64,000 nt of DNA from a virus: the IMG/VR virus record IMGVR_UViG_3300034072_000578, positions 1-64,000 of that record; one strand, written 5' to 3'. The stretch's first letter is position 1. Every line of letters begins with the position of its first letter. The position numbers and the translations under genes were made by a program. The notes beneath the pieces are model-generated. The model had not been told where the DNA came from. It was given only the letters and a program-made list of their open reading frames with translations, and searched no databases. Below are positions 31,593 to 41,960 of this stretch, piece by piece.

Positions 31593-32038
31593 TATCTCAT
31601 TGCCTGTCTTACTGCTTTACGAACGAGGTCTACGGCTTCCTCTTTCTTCTCGTCTACCGCACGTTCCATATATTTTTCGCCCACGTAGTGCGTTGGGTCC
31701 GCTGCTCTTTTAGCTTGGGTCTTCTCACCGGGATTGTAGCTCTGGTAGTTCTCATGGATTTCCATGGCATATGAAGCTACGTCTCTGCCGTCTTCGCCAG
31801 TTCCGCTAACCTCGATATCTACAGCGTGGTTCCCTCTGCGTGTCTTGCGATTGCTGATATGGATGGCAGACTCAAGGTTACCCGTGTCTACGGGGACGTT
31901 AGCTCTCGCTTCATCCCTGATTAGTTCGGCGGCTTGTTCTACCGCTTCTACCACTGCTTTTTCTGTTCTGTCGGCTTTCCTGAAAAGAGATTGTTTTAGC
32001 TTTTCGGGATTGAAGCCGCCTGAGTATGCCATTGCCAT
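31592..32038 (-). CDS. HK97 gp10-like tail completion protein
   Basis: PVDTGNLESAI, YA..IHE, KYMERA. Confidence 0.85.
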   Translation of the reverse strand: MAMAYSGGFNPEKLKQSLFRKADRTEKAVVEAVEQAAELIRDEARANVPVDTGNLESAIHISNRKTRRGNHAVDIEVSGTGEDGRDVASYAMEIHENYQSYNPGEKTQAKRAADPTHYVGEKYMERAVDEKKEEAVDLVRKAVRQAMR

Positions 32039-32403
32039 TAGGTTTCGTCTCCAAATAAGTCTGCGGCTTTTTCGTAGTCGATCTGGTAATGGTCTAGCTG
32101 CCCTAGCACGTTGTAACGTGGTTCTAGCTGCTTAACTCTGAAAACCTTACCATGAACGATAAACAAATCGCCCCAATCGGGTTTAACGCTAACGGGGACT
32201 AGGAGTCTTCCGCTAGCATGGTATTCTTTAATGTTTCCTCTTGTAGCGCTTGAGTCCGCTCTTACAGTGCTATCTTCTTTTTTAGTATCGTAGCGGACTT
32301 GCGCGAAAGGAATTTTCTCTTTATCGCCGTAGTTCTCTTCACCGTATTTGTTATAGCCGGGAAGCTTTCTACGGACGTAGCAGAAGTTGTTAGGTCTAAA
32401 CAT
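32038..32403 (-). CDS. head closure protein (start at MFRPN)
   Basis: Synteny; TAATG coupling with upstream gene. Confidence 0.65.
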   Translation of the reverse strand: MFRPNNFCYVRRKLPGYNKYGEENYGDKEKIPFAQVRYDTKKEDSTVRADSSATRGNIKEYHASGRLLVPVSVKPDWGDLFIVHGKVFRVKQLEPRYNVLGQLDHYQIDYEKAADLFGDET

Positions 32404-33197
32404 TATGCCCTCGCTAGTCTCCAAATCTGTGCGTTGGTAGCGCTCCACCAAATCCAATCCTTAATGTGGGAATAAGCCTCATCGGACATGTTAGTTAGCT
32501 TAGAGCCTCCAACGGCAGATTGACGGAAGAACATTGAGCTTTCGCCAATGGTTTCCGACACGATACCTGTTCTAATTTTCTCTCTAATCGGGCTGTTTTC
32601 AACAAGCATATTAGCTTCTACAAGCTGTGCCTTCTTTACAGCCTCTTGAAAGGCTACAGGGAGCGTTTTGAACTGGTCTAGGGTGTAAGTGCTAATATCC
32701 GTCCCTCGCTCCTGACAGCGGCCTACAGGGGCGAAATCGAACTTGCTTTTGATGATGCGTTCATAAGCATTCTCTAAAGCGACGGCTTTGATTTCGTCCG
32801 TAAGCATATCGAAGAATTTAAGGTCTTCACTTAGCTTGGCTCTGATGATTACGCTTTCCGGGTAGGTCATAAAGCTATCTACCATCGGGGTTAGCTTAGT
32901 AACGTCTCCGACAAGCTTATACAGAATGGTTTGCTTGTATGTTCCTTGGGCGGTTACTAGCTTTACGTTTAGCTGCCTTACGTCGATCTTCTGTGCGCTG
33001 CTGTTATACGTAGCTAATACAGTAATCATGGTAGAGCTTGCAGCAGGGTCAAAGCTAGGAGCCGTGGTAAAAGCAATTAGCTCTTCCCCGTATGCGTCTA
33101 ACACCTGATACTGTAGATCAGTAACGTCTAGATTGTTGCCATTGCTGACATGTGGGATCGTAATAAATACGTCCGTTCCTGCTGCGAACTCTTCCAT
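32403..33197 (-). CDS. head-tail adaptor
   Basis: VKKAQL.EA and G.VSETIGESS motifs; synteny. Confidence 0.7.
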   Translation of the reverse strand: MEEFAAGTDVFITIPHVSNGNNLDVTDLQYQVLDAYGEELIAFTTAPSFDPAASSTMITVLATYNSSAQKIDVRQLNVKLVTAQGTYKQTILYKLVGDVTKLTPMVDSFMTYPESVIIRAKLSEDLKFFDMLTDEIKAVALENAYERIIKSKFDFAPVGRCQERGTDISTYTLDQFKTLPVAFQEAVKKAQLVEANMLVENSPIREKIRTGIVSETIGESSMFFRQSAVGGSKLTNMSDEAYSHIKDWIWWSATNAQIWRLARA

Positions 33198-33198
33198 A

Positions 33199-33612
33199 TT
33201 ATGCCGCCTTCTTTTGGGCTTCCATGATATCCGCGATCATTGCATCAATGCTTACGCCTTTAACGCCAAATTCCGCTGCGATTTCACGAATGCCTTTAAT
33301 TCCCTTTTCTGATCCAATTTCGATCAGTTGTTCTTCTGTATACTTTAGTTCAGTAGCGTCTGTCGCTGGTTCGTCTGACTCTTTTTGTAGAGCAGTTTCA
33401 ACGACTGCTGATACATTACGAGCGTCAACCATAACAGTCGCAGGTCCAACTTGTTCATCATTGCCCACCTTAACGATCTTGATATTAGCCCCGATACGTC
33501 TAATTTCCATGTCGGTCGCCTCTCTTACAGAGACACCGCCCTCAAACTGTAGTGTGCCTAGGAAGCCATCAAATGCTTCATACCCAGCAACGTCGATTTT
33601 AATCTTGCTCAT
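33199..33612 (-). CDS. virion-associated hypothetical protein (start at MSKIK)
   Basis: SD GAGG before ATG at 33612; follows capsid gene. Confidence 0.6.
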   Translation of the reverse strand: MSKIKIDVAGYEAFDGFLGTLQFEGGVSVREATDMEIRRIGANIKIVKVGNDEQVGPATVMVDARNVSAVVETALQKESDEPATDATELKYTEEQLIEIGSEKGIKGIREIAAEFGVKGVSIDAMIADIMEAQKKAA

Positions 33613-33660
33613 TAGTAACCTCTTAAAATTTAATAAGCCATTATAGCGTATATTACAGAC

Positions 33661-33696
33661 AAACGAAAGGCCGCATAAAGCGGCCTGTTTCGTTTT
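33661..33696. terminator. intrinsic terminator after major capsid gene
   Basis: AAACGAAAGGCCGC-ATAAA-GCGGCCTGTTTCGTTT hairpin. Confidence 0.7.
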
Positions 33697-33716
33697 ATTC
33701 AGTTTCGAACTATCTA

Positions 33717-34622
33717 TTAGATATTTGTGATACCCTTTAGACGAGCGATGCTCTTCGTTGACTTTAGAGCCATAGCGGTATACCACTTTAGTCTGTAACG
33801 AACGCTGTCGCGTAGCTCTAGGGTTCCTAGGCTTTCAACGCGAATACCCGCTGCATCACCACCGTATAGGCCGTGTAGACCGTCAACCGTGTTCATACGA
33901 GCCGCATAGATTGAGCAAGTGTTACCTGTGCTTGTTCCCTGATCTTCGTTACCCGGTAGGTATTCTGATAGGATGATTGGTAGACCGTCATAAGCTGGAA
34001 CTGTGCCATCGAAGTCACGTAGCTTTAGCTGTTCAGGAACCATACCACCTGATGTTCTCATTAGCGTCTTAAGAGCGCGATATGTGCCGTGGCGCATAAA
34101 GATAGCATCTGGACGGTTAGGAACTTGGTCGATTAGCTGGTCTAGCATTTCGAAGGTTAGAGCCGCACCGTTAGCGCCTGCTGTGATCGTCTGACCGGCA
34201 GTTACTAGCTTACGGAAGCCATCGAATTCTAGTGCGTTTGTTGCGCTATCACCTGTAACCATTGTCTGACGGAACTTCTGGTCAACTGCCTTAGCAGCAC
34301 CTTGAAGCTGTAGAGCGATCTGGCTGTTAGTGTCACCCATCGTTTCTGATAGGAACTTGTCGATATCGACGTTCTTAGCCATGATCTTTAGGGTCACGGT
34401 TACGTCTGTGAAAGTGCTTCCACCTTCTGAGATATCGCTGTTAACATCGATGAAATCGATAGTTGGGATGGTGTTCTCACGGTTGTATACGTAAGCCTTA
34501 TGGTTCACCTGCACGAAAGGTAGAAGCGCATAAATGGCGTCACGCTTAATAATTTCTTCTACAACGCCTTGGACTAGAAGGTTATTCGATAGTCTCTGGG
34601 CATCAACTTTTAAAAGTGGCAT
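33717..34622 (-). CDS. major capsid protein (HK97 fold)
   Basis: 301 aa; LPF..V...AYVYNRE, FDG.RKL, LDQLID.V, RYRLKWY. Confidence 0.9.
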   Translation of the reverse strand: MPLLKVDAQRLSNNLLVQGVVEEIIKRDAIYALLPFVQVNHKAYVYNRENTIPTIDFIDVNSDISEGGSTFTDVTVTLKIMAKNVDIDKFLSETMGDTNSQIALQLQGAAKAVDQKFRQTMVTGDSATNALEFDGFRKLVTAGQTITAGANGAALTFEMLDQLIDQVPNRPDAIFMRHGTYRALKTLMRTSGGMVPEQLKLRDFDGTVPAYDGLPIILSEYLPGNEDQGTSTGNTCSIYAARMNTVDGLHGLYGGDAAGIRVESLGTLELRDSVRYRLKWYTAMALKSTKSIARLKGITNI

Positions 34623-34751
34623 GTTTAACTCCGTTTTCTTTAATTACGGAGATAATATTAACACTAGTATATGTATTAACAAAGCATTATTTAATTCTAC
34701 TTGTAATTTCTGTGCATCAATAGTAATATAGGCACAGAAAAGGACACAAGA

Positions 34752-35153
34752 ATGTATTCAACCGACGAAGAAAGAAAACAAGCCAGAAAAGATTCTTCTA
34801 AAAGATATAGAGAGAAGCAAAGATTACTAACTGGCAGAGCCAGCAATTGCAGATATGAAGTTCGCTTCTTATCCGCGATCAAAGGAAGAGCTATTAGAAA
34901 TGGGCTAGATTTTGACTTAACGTATGAAGACGTAATTTTCCCAGATTATTGCCCCGTCCTCGGAATAGCCATAGACTTTTCTAAACCCGGTCGTTCCGAT
35001 AACAGCCCTTCAATGGATCGCATTGATAATACTAAAGGGTATGTGAAAGGGAATGTTGAAATTATATCATGGCGAGCCAATAGAATTAAGAATGATGGCA
35101 CGGCGGAAGAGCATGTGAAAATAGCAGAATATATAAAAGGGCGCTTAATTTAA
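34752..35153 (+). CDS. HNH homing endonuclease (opposite strand)
   Basis: CPVLG, SPSMDRIDNTKGYVKGNV.IISWRANRIK. Confidence 0.88.
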   Translation: MYSTDEERKQARKDSSKRYREKQRLLTGRASNCRYEVRFLSAIKGRAIRNGLDFDLTYEDVIFPDYCPVLGIAIDFSKPGRSDNSPSMDRIDNTKGYVKGNVEIISWRANRIKNDGTAEEHVKIAEYIKGRLI

Positions 35154-35164
35154 GCGCCCTTTAA
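35135..35164. terminator. bidirectional terminator between scaffold and HNH
   Basis: TAAAAGGGCGCTTAA-T-TTAAGCGCCCTTTA palindrome. Confidence 0.75.
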
Positions 35165-35185
35165 GTTTGCCACTTTCGGAGTTAA

Positions 35186-36019
35186 TTACTTTTTATTGAT
35201 GCCTTTAATCAGCGCATCAAGACCAGCAGCGATCTTGTCGGTAGTATCTACGTAATCCTGCTGTTTTGCGGGCTTCTCTACACTGCTAGGCTTTGAACCT
35301 GCACCGCTCTTTGCTGGAGCTTTTAGTAGATAATCTTTATCCGGGTCAGCATTAATGATAGCTTCGATAGCGGCTTCGAACGAAACTGCTTCGCCTGTAG
35401 CGTCAACAATCATGGTTCTATCTGCTTCGCCCTTAGGCTTGTCATAAGCTACTTGCTTGCCATCTACGAATTCGAAGTGAGACTGATATAGAGCCTTGGC
35501 CTTGTTCGGAGTTAAAGTTAGCTTGTCAGTCACGAACTTCGAATTGGCAAATGAATTACCTACTGTTAAATCTTCGATCTGCTTTAGGAGCTTAGCCTTT
35601 TCAGCTTCTGCGTTGTCCGCACGTTCCTTTTCGGCATTTACCTTAGCGTCGGCAGCTTCACGTTGCTTAGTTAGAAGACGCTCATACTCGCCCTTCTTTT
35701 CAAGGGCCGCGTTTTCAGCAGTCTCCTTATCGGCAAGCATCTGGCGAACAGCTTCGATATCTAGGCCATCTACGGTAGTCTTTAGAGCAGCTAGGTCAGC
35801 AGCAGCTTTCTTAGCCGCTTCCTTATGCTTCATAACTTCCTTTAGGAGCTTAGCTTCGTTATCGCTAATTTTGGGTTTGGAATCTTTTTCTTTGTCGTCT
35901 GCACCGGAATTGTCATCAACGGTATCAGTCGTCGTATCCGTGGTATCATTGCCTTTTAAGCCTTCACGAATCTTCTCAGCGGTATCTTCCACTGTATCGG
36001 TTGTAGTTTCAGTAGTCAT
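35186..36019 (-). CDS. capsid scaffolding protein
   Basis: Acidic coiled coil with KSGAGS tail, between portal and capsid. Confidence 0.8.
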   Translation of the reverse strand: MTTETTTDTVEDTAEKIREGLKGNDTTDTTTDTVDDNSGADDKEKDSKPKISDNEAKLLKEVMKHKEAAKKAAADLAALKTTVDGLDIEAVRQMLADKETAENAALEKKGEYERLLTKQREAADAKVNAEKERADNAEAEKAKLLKQIEDLTVGNSFANSKFVTDKLTLTPNKAKALYQSHFEFVDGKQVAYDKPKGEADRTMIVDATGEAVSFEAAIEAIINADPDKDYLLKAPAKSGAGSKPSSVEKPAKQQDYVDTTDKIAAGLDALIKGINKK

Positions 36020-36053
36020 TCATTTACCTTTCTCTTGGTATCACTTGGTCCTA

Positions 36054-37628
36054 TCACTTGGACTTGTCTGCGGGTTTATTATTCTGGCCCTGCGATCCAG
36101 TTTTCGATCCGGTTGCGCTAGCAGTAGGCTTAGGAGCTAGTTTCGCTTTAGCTTCCTCTTCCTGCTTTTGTAGCCATTCCTTTTCGATGTCCTTATACAT
36201 AGCGTCGCGAGCTTTCTTAGAGATTTGTGGCCATAGTTTGTCCACTAATCCTTTCATCTGTTCTTGACGGACTGTATTAGGAGCCTTTATTGTAGTCAAA
36301 ACTGTAGCAATGTCAAATTCATTTCCTAGATTTCTTACGTCAAAGTCTTTTGAGTAAGTAACATAAGCTTCTAGTTCGTCTGATGAAATGGCTACTCCAT
36401 TCCATGCTTTAACAATAGCTACGATTCTATTTTCGCAATACTGTAGGGCTTTAGCCTTGTTAGCTAGCATGGCGTTCATACGCTCAAAGTCGTAAGCTTT
36501 CGCTACGCCTGATGAGTTGTCGATACCTACAGCGTTATCTTGCTTGGTGCGTTCTCCAGCCATACCAACCGAGTGGTAGATTTCGCCGATGATCTTGTTA
36601 ACGACGTTAAGGATCATTTCAGGCTGGCTTGGGTCAGGGCTGATGTAGTCTGGCTTATTACCACCTTCACCGCCATGATATAGGAAGATACGCTTTGTGC
36701 CGAATTCAAGCATCTTCTGGCCAATGCCTTTACCGTCATCATCTGCGAAGGCGACGGCTTCCGCTGGGATAACTAGCTGGCTGAAAGACTGATCTTGGAT
36801 AATCGCGTCTAGGTTCGATAGATAGTTGGCCGCTTTACGGTCTAGGTAAGCGATATCCGCGATTAGAGCCGTTGAAGTGTATGGGTTTTCGGTTTCGTTG
36901 TGGTCTAGATAGGTTACAGGAACGATACCTAAGCCGTGTGTCCCTTCATCTTCTAGGCCCCATTTAGCTTGGGCGTATTCGCTAGGAGTATCGCCATTGC
37001 TTTCAGAAGTGAATAGATACCACTTGTCGCGGGTCCATAGACGAATCTTCTCTACGATCTTGCCGGTATATTCGAACGGATCGCTATCATCACGAACGAT
37101 TTCCCTGATCTTAATCCAGTTAAGTTCGCCGTCATCGTTTAGAGATAAGTCCAGAACGTCTAGCGGGCTTACCGTGTAGGCGTAGACACGCTTCTTGTTC
37201 TTTTTAGCTTCCGCAACAGAAAGGTTGTCGGTTGCGTTGCTGTCTACGACAATCCAGACGCGACCAAAGATTGAAGCTTGGGCCGACGCCATTGTCATGA
37301 AGTGGTCGATATCACGCTTCTGTAGCGTGGTAGCGTTCCAAAAGTCCCTCACATACTGTTCGGCGTCTTCCTTACGTGCGACATCGGCCTTGAAAATATA
37401 CTTATTAACAAGGTCCACGACTTCGCGGGTATGATTGAAGCGGTAGGCACGGTCTAGACGTTCGTTGAACTCTTCGTGGCCTTCCTTAAAATACTTATCG
37501 ATGTTGTCAGCAAACCAGTGTTTACCGCCTTCATAGGTGTCCTTAAAGAACTTCCATTCGGCGGCATACTTATCGTAATCTGGGTGCTTCTTCTCAATAA
37601 AGGGGTTGATACTAGTTAAATCTACCAT
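36054..37628 (-). CDS. portal protein
   Basis: 524 aa; HPDY, YEGG, HGLG.VPV, SGVAK. Confidence 0.88.
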   Translation of the reverse strand: MVDLTSINPFIEKKHPDYDKYAAEWKFFKDTYEGGKHWFADNIDKYFKEGHEEFNERLDRAYRFNHTREVVDLVNKYIFKADVARKEDAEQYVRDFWNATTLQKRDIDHFMTMASAQASIFGRVWIVVDSNATDNLSVAEAKKNKKRVYAYTVSPLDVLDLSLNDDGELNWIKIREIVRDDSDPFEYTGKIVEKIRLWTRDKWYLFTSESNGDTPSEYAQAKWGLEDEGTHGLGIVPVTYLDHNETENPYTSTALIADIAYLDRKAANYLSNLDAIIQDQSFSQLVIPAEAVAFADDDGKGIGQKMLEFGTKRIFLYHGGEGGNKPDYISPDPSQPEMILNVVNKIIGEIYHSVGMAGERTKQDNAVGIDNSSGVAKAYDFERMNAMLANKAKALQYCENRIVAIVKAWNGVAISSDELEAYVTYSKDFDVRNLGNEFDIATVLTTIKAPNTVRQEQMKGLVDKLWPQISKKARDAMYKDIEKEWLQKQEEEAKAKLAPKPTASATGSKTGSQGQNNKPADKSK

Positions 37629-37644
37629 GTTTCTCTCTTAAATA

Positions 37645-38904
37645 TTATCTGCTAATACCATAATATTGTTTCTTTTGCACGGGGAATCTGAAATCAATTA
37701 CGTATCCTAGGGCGTCGGTCATGTGTTCCGTGCCTAGTTTCTTGTTAACTTCTCTAGTTCCCTCTTTATAGATTGTCTGCTCAAGCGAACGAATTAGCTG
37801 GCTGCAATTATTACTTACGAAAAGTCTAGACTCTCCGCTGGCTGTTAGGAACATTCTGTTAACAGCGTTAATACGATCTGCTACTAGAGGATGCTTGCGC
37901 TTGTAGAAAAGCTTTCTAAAGCCCATCTGTCTTAGGATATCTAAGTCTGACTCGCCTCTAGTATGGCCTCTGGCAGCACCGGCAGGGTCAGGATAGATTT
38001 CCACCGCTCGTTTGTGTCTAAAGAACTTCTGTTCGATGACTTCTGAAAGTTCATGGGTGGAAGCGTTACGTAAGTGGATTTCGTCTACGATCCATATTTC
38101 CCCATTAGGTTGCGGTTGTAGGACCACCGATGACATAGGATCGATGTTGAAGTCCTGCCCGATCCAGATAGGAAGGCTGGGGTTAAACGGAAGGAACCTG
38201 CTAGCGTGTAGCTTACGGTCGAAAGCGTAGTAGACTTTACCCTGCATGGTTTCGAAGGAAGCCATGAATTCCTGATTAAACGACTTAGGGTCAAGGTTAC
38301 GTCTAGCAGCCTCGATTTCGTCTTCCGGGATAAAGGGATTGTCGGCGGTTACGAACTGCCATGATTTCCAGCCATGCTTCTTCCAAGCCGGATCAAAGCC
38401 GCGCATATAAAGGTCATAGAGTAGGTTGTAGCTCTTAGGGGTTCCAGCTACCACAACTCGGCCTCTACGGTCGGTTAGGGTAGGATATAGAACCTTGCTA
38501 AAGATTTCATCGCTGTTGAAGTCCTGATACTCATCCATGCAAAGAAGGTCTAGCGATGAACCGCGTAGACCGTCTGGCTTATCGACACCGAAAAGCGAAA
38601 TCTTAGAGCCGTTCTTAAGCTCCATGATTAGTTCTACTTCTGATGTTTTCTTAATGAATGATTTGGGGACAGCTTCTTTAAGCTCCGACCACATTAGACG
38701 CTTAGCCTGCTTGTATGTAGGAGCTACATACCAGATTACAGACTTGGGCTTAGCGAAAGCCTCTTTGATGATTTCCGCTTTAAGAGCCTGTGTCTTACCG
38801 AAACGTCTACCACAAACCATGACCTTAAAACGAGCTTTGTCGTTAAAGACCTTGGCTTGGGCGGAATGTAACCTTAGATTGAATAAGGGGGTAGGGACTA
38901 CCAT
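37645..38904 (-). CDS. terL: terminase large subunit
   Basis: GRRFGKT, LRG, MDE, GTPK, GQDFNIDP, H.TDALGY. Confidence 0.95.
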   Translation of the reverse strand: MVVPTPLFNLRLHSAQAKVFNDKARFKVMVCGRRFGKTQALKAEIIKEAFAKPKSVIWYVAPTYKQAKRLMWSELKEAVPKSFIKKTSEVELIMELKNGSKISLFGVDKPDGLRGSSLDLLCMDEYQDFNSDEIFSKVLYPTLTDRRGRVVVAGTPKSYNLLYDLYMRGFDPAWKKHGWKSWQFVTADNPFIPEDEIEAARRNLDPKSFNQEFMASFETMQGKVYYAFDRKLHASRFLPFNPSLPIWIGQDFNIDPMSSVVLQPQPNGEIWIVDEIHLRNASTHELSEVIEQKFFRHKRAVEIYPDPAGAARGHTRGESDLDILRQMGFRKLFYKRKHPLVADRINAVNRMFLTASGESRLFVSNNCSQLIRSLEQTIYKEGTREVNKKLGTEHMTDALGYVIDFRFPVQKKQYYGISR

Positions 38905-39527
38905 TATTCCCCCTCTTCGTCTTCTAAACCTTCCATAATGAGGTTGTCGGTTTCGTCTTCCTCATCATCAACACCACCGGAAGTTTCCGCTGAAATTCTC
39001 TGTGCTTCTCTTAAAGCCAAAATATCTGCCTCAGAATATACACCGATGTTGAAGTTTAGGTTTTCATCTGGCTTATTATCCGGGTTATATAGATCGTAAA
39101 GGTGATACATATCATTACGAATAGTCTTGTAGACCTTCGTAGCCGCGATAATAGTTTCTACTTCTTGCCTTACTGTAGCGAGTTTCTTGCCTTCCTTTTT
39201 CGCCTCCATGATCTGATTCATGGTGGAAGTCATTAGGAAGTCGCCGTAGCGTAGGAATCTTTTCTTGAAGTTGTAGATTTCTTCGACCATCTTGGCGGCT
39301 TCTTCATCTGCTTTAGCCGCAACTTCTTTGGCGATGTGATGAGCTTTAGCGCCGCGTTTAATACCGCGACGCTTTAACCCTTGTGAAAGGGCAGCTTCTG
39401 AAATCTTAAACTTTTCGGACAGTTCTTTAAGGGTGGTTTCGCCACGCTCCCATAGGGCGCTAATGACGATCCACTCCGATTCCTTAAGTCTCTTAGTAGG
39501 TTCTGTTGTTAATTTTTCTTCACTCAT
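38904..39527 (-). CDS. terS: terminase small subunit (putative)
   Basis: N-terminal HTH, coupled upstream of terL. Confidence 0.72.
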   Translation of the reverse strand: MSEEKLTTEPTKRLKESEWIVISALWERGETTLKELSEKFKISEAALSQGLKRRGIKRGAKAHHIAKEVAAKADEEAAKMVEEIYNFKKRFLRYGDFLMTSTMNQIMEAKKEGKKLATVRQEVETIIAATKVYKTIRNDMYHLYDLYNPDNKPDENLNFNIGVYSEADILALREAQRISAETSGGVDDEEDETDNLIMEGLEDEEGE

Positions 39528-39566
39528 AATAAACGATTATATATCATTAATTAACGATAGTAAAGT

Positions 39567-41345
39567 TTATACTGACTGTCTGGTATACCACTCTGTAGCA
39601 CTGTCTGCATAAAGCATATTAGCATCACGATAAGCAGCGATATAAGCTACCAATTGCTTAAAGTCATTTTCATACCAGTAAAGGGTATCGGCAGGAGGGG
39701 TTGTCCCTGTCCCGCCTGCGGCTATACCGTGACAGAATAAGAAAATGGTTACGCCATTATAAACAGCAGCATCGACCAAAGCCTTGGCTTGTGCGAGCGT
39801 CTTACCACCGATGTTTACAGCGCCATGACCTAATAGCTTTGGACCAGCGTTGTATTCGTTATTGTGTATCCACCAGCCCCAACCCGATCTAGCCATCTTA
39901 ACGCCCTTAGAAGCTAGCATAGCGTCTGTAGAAGCGTCATTAGACGATAGAGGGTATGAGAATAGGTCAATGCCTCTGGTGAAGCCCTGTGCGGTGAAAA
40001 TGGCTTTGGCGGTGTCATAGTCCGTTCCTAGTTGGGTAGCTCCTACCGCAACATAGTCTGGATGGTTCATGCCTTGGCTGATGGCGTCCCAACCTGCGTT
40101 ATATACTTTTCTCAGAAGGGCGTTAGCATTCGTCGCACCATCGATAAGATTGCCATCACCAGCCCAATAAGCTTTGATACCGGCGTCTCTAAGGATTGGG
40201 TATGCAAGGTTTGGAATCGACTCTTCGCCAAACTTGTCGAAACCAATAACTACAGAACCTCTTGTAGGGATTTCCTTATGGTAGAAGACCGTATCTAGGT
40301 AAACCTCATTAGCAACGTTGTTACCAGTGCTTAAGCTGATTTGAACGCTGTTAATCGTTTCGTCTAGAGTTTGACCACCTGTAACCACCCAAGCCGAACC
40401 ATTAGGCTCTGTAGCTCCGGTCCCGTTAGGGCGAACAGTTAGTAGGTTCCATCCCTGATGAAGTTGACCGGGATAGGCCCATGAGAATTCCGTTCTTTTG
40501 GCTGCGAAATTATCGCTTGAGAAGCGAATTGAGATTGAACCGGCTGTAGCGGTCCAATAGACCCAAAATCCGACCACTGAGACTTCTGAAAGCTTGAAAG
40601 CACTGGTAGCATAGCGAGAGCCAGCAAAAGTGCCTGTAGCAGGCTTAGAGAGGCTTAAACCAGATGTTTTACCGCTAGGGGCTGCAACCGGATAAGCTTT
40701 GATCGTATTTGTCATGTTTGAGGCTACAGTCCAGCCTGTTAGAGCCGCTGTATTTGCAATGACAGTAGGGGTTTTAGCTTGTGGGAATTTACCAGTGTAA
40801 GGAGTTCCATGGCTGGCAACCGTAACTGATCCGCTAGAGTTAGTAGCTGTTACATTGCAGCGGATAATCTTACCAGCATCAATTCTCTTAAAAGTATAAG
40901 AGGCACTGGTAGCTCCGGTAATATTAATACCTTCGGAAGTCCATTGGTAAGAGTAAGTTGGAGCAGGAAAACCAGTCCAAGTTCCATTAGAAACAGTGAT
41001 TGTTCCACCGATCTTAAAGCTACCAGAAAGAGTTGGCCTAGCTGTATTAACCGGAAGCTTATTTGCTTCTGCTACTGTAATGGAAAAGGTAGTTTCTTTT
41101 CTGTATCCGTAAGCTGATTCAAATTCATACTCTACTAAAACAACCTTAACTACTCCGGGAACCAGATTAGTTCCTGTTAAAGTGTTTCCATTAAGAGTAA
41201 ATGAACCAGAACTAAAACTAACTAAAGCTAATTCAGTATTAGTAGTTCTATTCTGAACTGTTACGGTTAAGTTACTATTCTCTGTTCCACTTAGAGAAGA
41301 AAGAGTGATAGTGTTAAAATTAGGTTTTGAATATAGGAACGACAT
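39567..41345 (-). CDS. Ig-like + polysaccharide deacetylase (NodB/CE4-like) protein
   Basis: PTLSG...GTW.G.P.PTYSYQW Ig-like repeat; IGFD, AYPIL...GIKA, GWD, FSYP, IFLFCHGI. Confidence 0.72.
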   Translation of the reverse strand: MSFLYSKPNFNTITLSSLSGTENSNLTVTVQNRTTNTELALVSFSSGSFTLNGNTLTGTNLVPGVVKVVLVEYEFESAYGYRKETTFSITVAEANKLPVNTARPTLSGSFKIGGTITVSNGTWTGFPAPTYSYQWTSEGINITGATSASYTFKRIDAGKIIRCNVTATNSSGSVTVASHGTPYTGKFPQAKTPTVIANTAALTGWTVASNMTNTIKAYPVAAPSGKTSGLSLSKPATGTFAGSRYATSAFKLSEVSVVGFWVYWTATAGSISIRFSSDNFAAKRTEFSWAYPGQLHQGWNLLTVRPNGTGATEPNGSAWVVTGGQTLDETINSVQISLSTGNNVANEVYLDTVFYHKEIPTRGSVVIGFDKFGEESIPNLAYPILRDAGIKAYWAGDGNLIDGATNANALLRKVYNAGWDAISQGMNHPDYVAVGATQLGTDYDTAKAIFTAQGFTRGIDLFSYPLSSNDASTDAMLASKGVKMARSGWGWWIHNNEYNAGPKLLGHGAVNIGGKTLAQAKALVDAAVYNGVTIFLFCHGIAAGGTGTTPPADTLYWYENDFKQLVAYIAAYRDANMLYADSATEWYTRQSV

Positions 41346-41445
41346 TTATATCCCCTCTAGTAGATAATCAGAGGGAATATAACACGATAGAGAAAAAATA
41401 TAAAATTTAAATATATTTATTTTTAATAAGGGGGAGTGAGACTCC

Positions 41446-41474
41446 CTTATAACCGAAAAGTCACACCTGTCAAG
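41446..41474 (-). promoter_or_regulatory. sigma70-type promoter
   Basis: Minus strand TTGACA-N17-TATAAG. Confidence 0.65.
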
Positions 41475-41548
41475 CTAAATGTGAAAAGTGGCGGAAATCC
41501 TAGGTTTTTTCGTTCACTTTTTTCTTGACAGGTTTATAACCTATTTGG

Positions 41549-41803
41549 TTAGACGTAATCTAAAGCCTTTGTAGTGACCATAAATACCCTTACTTTCTTC
41601 CCCTCTCTCTCAACCATATCACGGCGTTCTACAAACCCATTTTCTACTAGAATTTTAATAGAGTGTAACATAGCGTCTCTCTTACATTCATAGCTTATAT
41701 GATTTAGGATATCATAAACTGATACCGGAGACTTATCAGGGTTTCCTTTTTTGATAACAGATAGAATTTCAATCTGCTTAGCTGTAAATCTAATTTCTTT
41801 CAT
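41549..41803 (-). CDS. winged-helix DNA-binding protein
   Basis: T.KQ.EIL..I...SI..L.ENG.VER pattern. Confidence 0.65.
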   Translation of the reverse strand: MKEIRFTAKQIEILSVIKKGNPDKSPVSVYDILNHISYECKRDAMLHSIKILVENGFVERRDMVEREGKKVRVFMVTTKALDYV

Positions 41804-41958
41804 TAATATCGCCCTCCAAAATGAGCATCAACCTCTTCCATATCTTCCGGTTCAAATTCTTCTCCTAAACCGCAATCGAAACAGGTTATTTCACAGAATC
41901 TATGTTTACATTCTGCACAGTCTTCAAATTTATCTGATTCAAAAAACTCTTCGTCCAT
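41803..41958 (-). CDS. small acidic Cys-rich protein (51 aa, not in ORF track)
   Basis: MDEEFFESDKFEDCAECKHRFCEITCFDCGLG...; stop overlaps next start. Confidence 0.6.
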   Translation of the reverse strand: MDEEFFESDKFEDCAECKHRFCEITCFDCGLGEEFEPEDMEEVDAHFGGRY

Positions 41959-41960
41959 GA

